Shown here piece after piece: positions 29,116 to 34,980 of a DNA stretch of 64,000 bases (position 1 is its first letter; the number at the start of each line of letters is the position of its first letter). The notes under the pieces were generated by a model. It was given only the letters and a program-made list of their open reading frames with translations. It had not been told where the DNA came from and did no database searches. The DNA is from Oscillospiraceae bacterium (GTDB lineage Bacteria; Bacillota; Clostridia; Oscillospirales; Oscillospiraceae), in the NCBI GenBank assembly GCA_017506735.1, contig JAFVMW010000005.1:19815-83814 (forward strand), given 5' to 3'. The position numbers and the translations under genes were made by a program.

Positions 29116-30641
29116 ACTAGTGGTCGCCCATTCTGCACGTTATACGAACCCTCAGAGGGGGTGTCGATGTCGAATGGGAGCGTTATGTCGTGCCGGTCCG
29201 GGCCGATGGTGAACACAAATCGGACTCGATCGTCGTACATGTGGGCGTTGATCAGGAATGTATCGATGATCGTGCCCTGGTAGGTTTTATCGGCAATGTC
29301 ACCAGCCCGGTACAGCTCCAGGGCGGCGATGATCTCCTCACGGGTCAGCAGGTGTTCCTGGGCACTTTCAGCGGCGGTGATGAGGCGAGACAAATCCCGC
29401 TTTTTCTCCTCCAGCTCCAGGAGTCGGGCCTGTGTTGTGGCTGAGAAAATACCGGCCTCGATGGCACTCATAAGATTGTTTAGGGCTCGGTTGGTATCGG
29501 CGTATTGGCTCCGGAGCAGATCCAGCTCGGCGCAGCCGGAATTAGCCTCCTGGTACGCCATCACTTCGTCCGCCAGAAACGGGATCACATCCTCGGAAAA
29601 AATGGCGTCCTTCAGCGCGGCGGTGACGAAATGCTCGATGGTATCCCGACGGACGTTTTTCTTGTGGCAGCTGCCGTGGTCGTCACGGCGGCCTTTGCAG
29701 GCGTAGTAATAATGCAGCTCCGAGGTTTTGCTGGTACCGGAGACACCGATCATAGGGCTGCGGCACTCTCCGCAAAACAGTTTGCCGGTGAGCAGGTATG
29801 TCCCGTTGTCCCGTCTGCGTCGCTGGGGGATGGTGCCGGTGGGATCTCTCCGGGGATTGGGCTTGACGTGCATGATGCACTGCACCTCGTCAAACATCTC
29901 CTGCGAGACAATCTGGGGGATGCCGCCGGGGACTCGAATATCGTGGTAGATGTACAACCCTGTGTATCGCTCGTTGCTCAGAATCTGGTTAAAACTGGAT
30001 CGGTTCCATGCCCCGCCGGTTTTGGTTTTCATTCCTCGGGCGTTCAGATCTGCGATGATATCGGCCAGGTTCTCCATGCTGCTGACTCTGCGGAAGATCT
30101 CCCTGACCAGCTCGGCCTCCGGCTCGCAGATCGCATAGCGGCCATCCTCGCCCCGGCAGAAGCCCAGGGGGAGCTTGCCGTTGACCATACACTTCCGGGC
30201 ATTGTCCTCGTGGCCGCGCAGAACTTTGCGGCTCAGTTCCTTGGAGTAGTATTCCGCCAAGCCCTCCAGCACGGACTCCATGAGGATGCCGGTGGGGTCG
30301 TCGGAGATGTTCTCCATGGCGGAGAGCACCCGGACGCCGGCGGTTTTGAGTTTGCGCTTGTACACGGCACTGTCGTAGCGATCCCGGGCAAAGCGATCCA
30401 GGGTGTAGACGACGACATAGCTCCAGCCGGCGGTTTTGGCGTCCTGGATCATCTTCTGGAAACCGGGGCGTTTGTCGCTGGTTCCGGTGAGGGCCCGATC
30501 CTCGTATACATGGACGATACGGATGCCCTGCCGCTCAGCAAACTGGCGGCAGGCCCGGATCTGCTGTTCGATGGACACGTCTCTCTGGGCGTGGCTGGAA
30601 TAGCGGGCGTAGATCACGGCATCGCTCTGGTGTTGTTTCAT
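29079..30641 (-). CDS. Large serine recombinase (phage integrase)
   Basis: IYARYSS catalytic Ser, DRFAR, recombinase domain, LLTGKLFCGEC...YYAC zinc ribbon, coiled coil; RBS AAGGAG before ATG 30641. Confidence 0.95.
   Translation of the reverse strand: MKQHQSDAVIYARYSSHAQRDVSIEQQIRACRQFAERQGIRIVHVYEDRALTGTSDKRPGFQKMIQDAKTAGWSYVVVYTLDRFARDRYDSAVYKRKLKTAGVRVLSAMENISDDPTGILMESVLEGLAEYYSKELSRKVLRGHEDNARKCMVNGKLPLGFCRGEDGRYAICEPEAELVREIFRRVSSMENLADIIADLNARGMKTKTGGAWNRSSFNQILSNERYTGLYIYHDIRVPGGIPQIVSQEMFDEVQCIMHVKPNPRRDPTGTIPQRRRRDNGTYLLTGKLFCGECRSPMIGVSGTSKTSELHYYYACKGRRDDHGSCHKKNVRRDTIEHFVTAALKDAIFSEDVIPFLADEVMAYQEANSGCAELDLLRSQYADTNRALNNLMSAIEAGIFSATTQARLLELEEKKRDLSRLITAAESAQEHLLTREEIIAALELYRAGDIADKTYQGTIIDTFLINAHMYDDRVRFVFTIGPDRHDITLPFDIDTPSEGSYNVQNGRPLVVLKSIGFQDFF
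29121..29154. other. Left attachment junction: core TGGTCG plus phage arm
   Basis: The arm TCTGCACGTTATACGAACCCTCA is an imperfect inverted repeat of TGAGTTCGTATAGTGCGGA at 63433-63451. Confidence 0.85.
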
Positions 30642-30689
30642 GGGGGCTCCTTTCCTTGGGCAAAATTGCAAGCGATTGCAATTTTGCGT

Positions 30690-30719
30690 TTGACAGGGAG
30701 GCTCCGCCCATGGTATCAT
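30690..30719 (+). promoter_or_regulatory. Sigma-A promoter firing antisense to the integrase leader
   Basis: TTGACA-18 nt-TATCAT with extended -10 TG; palindrome CAAAATTGCA-N6-TGCAATTTTG at 30661-30686. Confidence 0.65.
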
Positions 30720-30724
30720 AAATG

Positions 30725-30806
30725 GGCGGACTGGTGCCTTCTGTGGTGGTTGGTGTCTGTCTCGTTTCCCGTCCCGGGGGTAGGAGCCTGGGACGGGACT
30801 TTTTTA
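30725..30806 (+). ncRNA. Predicted ~80-nt antisense sRNA (sRNA-1)
   Basis: Lies between the promoter above and the hairpin CCCGTCCCGGG...CCTGGGACGGG plus T-run; has a 16-nt complement at 33574-33589. Confidence 0.6.
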
Positions 30807-30847
30807 TGCCGTTCGCCCGGGTAGGCGTCCGGGCAGAACAGGATTGC

Positions 30848-31411
30848 TTATTCCAGGAGCAGATCGAGCTTGCTGACGCTGTTCTGAATCTCAGCGATGT
30901 AGTTGTTAGCACTCTCGTTGAAGGCCTTACGATCGCCGGTGGGATTCATGGTGAGATTGTAGAATCCGATGTAGGCATTGTAGAATGCATCAAATGCCTC
31001 CTTTATGGCGTCCGCTTCTGCTCCTTCAATGTGTGCAAAATATACCGCCTTGTATAGATCTGCGCTGGCATCAAACGCAGCCTCCATGTCGGCTAGGGTG
31101 GTAATGCTGTTTTCCTCCAGATATTTATTGCACGCGTCCAGGAGCTTCTGGGTGGTAATCGTGGCATTGATGGACTCGGCCGAGTTCCAGTACTTGGCGA
31201 TATAGGATGCCGCCTTGTTGACGATGACTGCATTGTTGTAAAGTTCATCGAGATTTTCCAGAGCCAGACTCTTGTAGTCTTCAATGCTGATCTGCGGTTC
31301 GGTTGCGACGGTCGTGGGGACAGTTGTTTCGGGAGGCGTTGTGTCTCCGCAGGCAGCCAGTGCGAGCAGGGAGACTATGGCGGCCAACAGCAGGAAAAGT
31401 GCCTTTTTCAT
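30848..31411 (-). CDS. Prophage lipoprotein (candidate superinfection exclusion)
   Basis: Lipobox LAAC, Thr/Pro linker, helical domain; located in the lysogeny module. Confidence 0.75.
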   Translation of the reverse strand: MKKALFLLLAAIVSLLALAACGDTTPPETTVPTTVATEPQISIEDYKSLALENLDELYNNAVIVNKAASYIAKYWNSAESINATITTQKLLDACNKYLEENSITTLADMEAAFDASADLYKAVYFAHIEGAEADAIKEAFDAFYNAYIGFYNLTMNPTGDRKAFNESANNYIAEIQNSVSKLDLLLE

Positions 31412-31540
31412 GGGGATTCCTTCTTTCTGTTTGATTTGAGGAAACTACCTCTAACCCTATATGTCACAAAACCGGGAAAGGTGACATTATTTTGCATATT
31501 CCTCCGGGGGAGTGGGACACTATGCCCGGAGGTGTGGGGT

Positions 31541-31732
31541 ATGCTGAAAAATACTGTCCGGCAGTACCGCAAGGCTGCCGGGCTGACGCTGGAGCAGCTG
31601 GCGGAGCGGTCGGGGTTGCCGGTGAGCACCATCTCGGATATCGAGCATGGGGCGGAGCCACGGGTGCTGACGGCCCTGCTGCTGGCCCGGGCTTTAGGGG
31701 TGACGGTGGAGCTGCTGTGGCCGATCCGGTAG
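31541..31732 (+). CDS. Small XRE-family HTH protein (63 aa)
   Basis: VRQYRKAAGLTLEQLAERSGLPVSTISDIEHG; RBS GGAGGTG. Confidence 0.85.
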   Translation: MLKNTVRQYRKAAGLTLEQLAERSGLPVSTISDIEHGAEPRVLTALLLARALGVTVELLWPIR

Positions 31733-31825
31733 GCCTGGAATTCCGGTTTACCGGAATTCCGTCACCATCCCTCACGATTCGCACATACAGGAAATGAACA
31801 GAGTGTGAAGGGAGGGAATAATGAC

Positions 31826-31855
31826 TTGACAATTTACGAACAGATGTTCTATAAT
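31826..31855 (+). promoter_or_regulatory. Sigma-A promoter with LexA (Cheo) box in the spacer
   Basis: TTGACA-18 nt-TATAAT; cGAACagatGTTCt at 31837-31850. Confidence 0.85.
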
Positions 31856-31890
31856 ACAAGTATCTTAGCAAGATACAAGGAGGGGCGAAC

Positions 31891-32052
31891 ATGAAACAAT
31901 CAGACAAAACCCGGACGGACAGAGGACTGCCGGAGCTGGTACATAGTGAGAAGGCCCGGCTGATTCAGGAGATTTGTGCCCTGCTGCGGACAGCAGGCCG
32001 AAGGGAGCTGGAGATCACGCTGGCGTTTCTCCACTCCCTCCTGCGAAAGTGA
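31891..32052 (+). CDS. 53-aa SOS-controlled protein, candidate antirepressor
   Basis: Not in ORF track. AAGGAGG RBS; MKQSDKTRTDRGLPELVHSEKARLIQEICALLRTAGRRELEITLAFLHSLLRK; converges on the repressor. Confidence 0.7.
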   Translation: MKQSDKTRTDRGLPELVHSEKARLIQEICALLRTAGRRELEITLAFLHSLLRK

Positions 32053-32061
32053 TCCGGGAAT

Positions 32062-32096
32062 AGAGGGGATCAGGCTTATGCCTGATCCTCTTTTTT
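32062..32096. terminator. Terminator between candidate antirepressor and repressor
   Basis: AGAGGGGATCAGGC-TTAT-GCCTGATCCTCTTTTTT. Confidence 0.75.
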
Positions 32097-32477
32097 GCTG
32101 TCCTCGGCCAGTTTCCGGGCCATGCGCTCCAGCAGCTCCCACTCATCGGTATCGAGCCGGGCCAGTACGGATAACAGCCGACGGCGGAAGTCATCGGACT
32201 CGCCTCGCATCACGTCGCCCATAAAGGCGGCGAGTTCTTCATCACGGCTGACGGGCCGGAGCGGATCGCCTATCCCGGTAAAAAGCCATGCCTCATTGAC
32301 AGCGAATTTTTCGCACATCAGCTTGAGCAGAGGCTCTTTTTGTTCCGGACGTTTGAGTCTGTTCCCCTCAATATTGTTGATAGCATCTCTGGATGTGCCA
32401 AGTGCGGCGGCAAATTCAGACTGCGTTTGTTTCAGAATATCTTTGCGGAGATAGCGGACACGTTCGTGCAATTCCAT
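32076..32477 (-). CDS. CI-like XRE repressor without S24 peptidase domain
   Basis: RYLRK..L.QTQSEFAAALG.SRDAINNIE, VNEAWLFTGIG; only 133 aa. Confidence 0.88.
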   Translation of the reverse strand: MELHERVRYLRKDILKQTQSEFAAALGTSRDAINNIEGNRLKRPEQKEPLLKLMCEKFAVNEAWLFTGIGDPLRPVSRDEELAAFMGDVMRGESDDFRRRLLSVLARLDTDEWELLERMARKLAEDSKKEDQA

Positions 32478-32497
32478 TTTCTCACCTCCTTAGTGAT

Positions 32498-32602
32498 ATG
32501 ATATCATAATATAATGAGCGTGTCAACCCAAAATATTTTATAAAAGCTCAAATAGAGGGTTGACAAACTCGGAATTATAGGTTATTATGAGTTTACAACT
32601 CA
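32498..32602. promoter_or_regulatory. Lysis/lysogeny switch: back-to-back promoters and operators
   Basis: Leftward TTGACA(32526)-17-TATCAT; rightward TTGACA(32560)-17-TATTAT; palindrome TGAGTT-TAC-AACTCA at 32588-32602 and related sites over both -35 boxes. Confidence 0.8.
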
Positions 32603-32638
32603 AAGGGTTGGGTTAAAAACGGACGGGAGGTGAGAGAG

Positions 32639-32884
32639 ATGGAAAAGACTTACACAGCCCTTGCTGCTGTCCGGGACAGGCGCGGGGAACCCTGTGCGGT
32701 ACTCGTTCAGGCCGATGTGAATGTCGGTGATGTCATCCGCTTCACCCGTGCTAATGTCCCCAGTCTGGGACTCGTCCACGAGCTTCTGCCTGTCGACGAG
32801 GCTGGAAACACCGAAAACTTCATCGGTTTTTTACTGGGAGAGGTTCCGACGGCGGAACGCGCATGGGGACCGAAAACTGAGTAA
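32639..32884 (+). CDS. Phage early hypothetical protein
   Basis: First ORF after the rightward promoter; GGAGGTG RBS. Confidence 0.6.
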   Translation: MEKTYTALAAVRDRRGEPCAVLVQADVNVGDVIRFTRANVPSLGLVHELLPVDEAGNTENFIGFLLGEVPTAERAWGPKTE

Positions 32885-32921
32885 AAACCGCACACGGCGG
32901 CAACCGTGTGCGGCTGGCTTG

Positions 32922-33107
32922 TTAAAGCCATACCTTCTGGGCATCCCGCTTTGCATTGTAGTGTCTGACAATCTTCTGGTATGCTTCCTCGTAGATGTCA
33001 GCAATTTCCTCGGGAGTTTTCCCAGTCAGATCCTGGTTCTGGACGTAAAGCATCGCGAGTGCTTCCTCTTTGACTTCCGGAAACGCGCAGGACTGAGCGT
33101 AAGACAT
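32922..33107 (-). CDS. Counter-oriented moron-like hypothetical protein (61 aa)
   Basis: AAGGAGGTG RBS, own promoter TTGATT-17-TAGGAT (33185-33157) and terminator (32884-32913). Confidence 0.75.
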   Translation of the reverse strand: MSYAQSCAFPEVKEEALAMLYVQNQDLTGKTPEEIADIYEEAYQKIVRHYNAKRDAQKVWL

Positions 33108-33205
33108 TCGGTTCACCTCCTTTCCGGAGTGCGTTGCACCCGAATTTCTATGCAAAATCCTATCACAATTTATCCAAAAAATCAACACCACGGGAGGTGA
33201 ACGAA

Positions 33206-33358
33206 GTGGCGGAAAAGGAAAAGAAGATTATCACGGCACTGGCCGATGCCATCGCTGAGCTGCCCGAGGAAAAGAAACAGTATTTCCTGGGCTTCGCGGA
33301 GGGTGCCGCCGCCATGGCTGATCAGATCAAGCCCAGGCCTGCGGACTCCGCAGCGTAA
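33206..33358 (+). CDS. Small phage early protein (50 aa, GTG start)
   Basis: GGAGGTG RBS; AEKEKKIITALADAIAELPEEKKQYFLGFAEG. Confidence 0.7.
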   Translation: MAEKEKKIITALADAIAELPEEKKQYFLGFAEGAAAMADQIKPRPADSAA

Positions 33359-33367
33359 GGAGGCCCC

Positions 33368-33571
33368 ATGGCAAAGCCTACCAACGTCCGGGATCTGCCC
33401 CGGAGCCAGAACGCAATCGATGACGCGGCCCGTGAGGTGCTGGATGCCATCCGTCCTGCCGGATGGCCCATCCGCACCGTGGAGGCCGTCCTCAGACGGG
33501 CAATCACCCTGCTGCAGGACGAGCCTGTACGGTTCCCCAGCCCCCACTACCAGAGCTACGTCGAGGAGTAA
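33368..33571 (+). CDS. Phage hypothetical protein
   Basis: AAGGAGG RBS; operon context. Confidence 0.7.
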   Translation: MAKPTNVRDLPRSQNAIDDAAREVLDAIRPAGWPIRTVEAVLRRAITLLQDEPVRFPSPHYQSYVEE

Positions 33572-33603
33572 CCCACCAACCACCACAGATAAGGAGGCTC
33601 CCT

Positions 33604-33801
33604 ATGAGCGGAAAAGTCACAATCAACACGGTACCGGTCGGAGGGGCAGGCAACGCCCTCGCCCAGCTGGAACAGTGCCGCCTTGAGAATTTCACGGACA
33701 AAACCCTGCGCTTTATCCGCCGGGCCATGGAGAACCCCGAGTATCGGGCGAGGATCCAGAAACGGGCCGAGGAAATCCGGGCCCAGGGGCTGTATACATA
33801 A
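33604..33801 (+). CDS. Small basic phage protein (65 aa), putative target of sRNA-1
   Basis: AAGGAGG RBS; MSGKVTINTVP...MENPEYRARIQKRAEEIR. Confidence 0.7.
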   Translation: MSGKVTINTVPVGGAGNALAQLEQCRLENFTDKTLRFIRRAMENPEYRARIQKRAEEIRAQGLYT

Positions 33802-33827
33802 GCACCGCCGCCATCCGGCGGCGATCT

Positions 33828-33904
33828 GGGAGGAGAAGCACATCAGGATGTGCAGCCGTAAGCACAGCGGCAGACAGCCGGTTCGAATCCGGCCCCTCCC
33901 TCCA
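33828..33904 (+). ncRNA. tRNA-like element 1 (GCA at anticodon position, non-canonical loop)
   Basis: GGGAGG/CCTCCC acceptor, GCAC/GTGC D stem, GCCGT-AAGCACA-GCGGC, GCCGG-TTCGAAT-CCGGC, T-CCA end; lacks U8 and U33. Confidence 0.75.
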
Positions 33905-34028
33905 CCCTCCGAACGCCGGAGGGAAACAGAAAGCCGTGGGTACCGTAGCCCATCGCACTCTGGCATAGGAATACTGGCGCTCCGGAAAGACGGAGATCCC
34001 CGGGCGGCTGCCTCCCGCCCGGGGCATA

Positions 34029-34089
34029 TGGGGCACCCGAATGGGCAGGCTCTGACCCACCCTGTGCCGGTTTGACTCCGGCAGGCCCC
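34029..34089 (+). ncRNA. tRNA-like element 2 (compact, Gln-CTG-like loop, no CCA)
   Basis: GGGGC/GCCCC, CCC-GAAT-GGG, CAGG-CTCTGACCCAC-CCTG, GCCGG-TTTGACT-CCGGC. Confidence 0.55.
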
Positions 34090-34230
34090 CGGGTTTTGTG
34101 TTGGCAATGACGAGCATTGTGGACATGGAAATCATCTCCTTTCGCAAGCCGCGGCCCGTAAGAGCGGCTCGCTCTGCCGATTTGTAATGTGGTCGGCAGG
34201 GGCTCCCCGTGACACTCGGCTGGGCATCTA

Positions 34231-34302
34231 TGGGGCGCAAGGTTCGGGGCGGAGTTTTGACCTCTTTCTCCGTCGGCGGCTTCGATGCCGTCCGCCCCAC
34301 CA
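34231..34302 (+). ncRNA. tRNA-like element 3 (Gln-TTG-like, anti-SD-like expanded loop, ACCA end)
   Basis: GGGGCG/CGCCCC-ACCA, GGCGGAG-TTTTGACCTCTTT-CTCCGTC, GGCGGC-TTCGAT-GCCGTC. Confidence 0.55.
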
Positions 34303-34382
34303 CCACCGGAATGGGAGCCGGCGGACGGCCATTCATCGCGTGGATTGTTCTCTCGCTGGCAGCCCGGAAAGACCGGCGACAC

Positions 34383-34458
34383 GGCACAGCTCCTCCTGGT
34401 GGAGGGCATCCTGCAGCAGTGGGATGGATAATCGGTTCGAATCCGATCTGTGTCGCCA
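34383..34458 (+). ncRNA. tRNA-like element 4 (76 nt, no canonical anticodon loop)
   Basis: GGCACAG/CTGTGTC-G-CCA, CCTCC-TGGT-GGAGG, CATCC-TGCAGCAGTG-GGATG, ATCGG-TTCGAAT-CCGAT. Confidence 0.75.
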
Positions 34459-34603
34459 GCAACCGGTCCCCTCCGCCGGTGCGCGCTTCTCCCTTACTTG
34501 CCGGGGTGAGACTCTCCAGTTCGTTCTCCTAAAGTTCATACAGATTCTCAATCACAAGGGCCGCGGAGGGCGGCCCGAAACTATCATCAGAAAGGAGCAC
34601 AGT

Positions 34604-34900
34604 ATGCACAACGTTATGCACAACGATATCGTCACGCTGATGGTCGTAGAGGTTGACCACAGCCGATACCTGGCCGAGGCCCCTGCAATGCAGGGCGTGG
34701 AAACCGGGATGCGGGCCCAGATCGGGGACATCCAGGGCACGATCTCCTGGGTGGCCGTGACCCACCGGGACAGCAAGGCCTACCAGCTGGGCAAAGCCCT
34801 TGCAGATCACCGGCCGCTGCGTGTCACCGGCGTGTTTATGCCCTGGGACATCCCGGGAAAAACAAAAAATGCGCCGACGTCTGGCAACATCGGCGCATAG
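34604..34900 (+). CDS. Phage hypothetical protein (98 aa)
   Basis: AGAAAGGAG RBS. Confidence 0.7.
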   Translation: MHNVMHNDIVTLMVVEVDHSRYLAEAPAMQGVETGMRAQIGDIQGTISWVAVTHRDSKAYQLGKALADHRPLRVTGVFMPWDIPGKTKNAPTSGNIGA

Positions 34901-34931
34901 AAGCTACTCCAGAAAGGAGCAAAATATGATC
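34860..34931 (-). ncRNA. Predicted ~70-nt antisense sRNA (sRNA-2, OOP-like position)
   Basis: Perfect minus-strand TTGACA(34966)-17-TATAAT(34943-34938); terminator ATGCGCCGA...TCGGCGCAT plus T-run on the minus strand. Confidence 0.7.
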
Positions 34932-34980
34932 ATGAATATTATACTGCATGGTCTCCGGATTGTCAAGGAGGTGGAACAAA

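Noticed and set aside
30696-30721. GGAGG plus ATG GTA TCA TAA mini-ORF
   Set aside because: Lies within the sRNA-1 promoter, upstream of its predicted start, so unlikely to be transcribed.
33713-34462. Long ORFs across the RNA array, including one starting at minus-strand ATG 34126
   Set aside because: Pro/Arg/Gly-rich translations typical of GC-rich structured DNA with no family motifs. The apparent RBS is noted as an alternative in the findings.
33802-34603. CRISPR array or functional phage tRNA genes
   Set aside because: No identical regularly spaced repeats or cas genes; anticodon loops break canonical rules, so units are reported only as tRNA-like.
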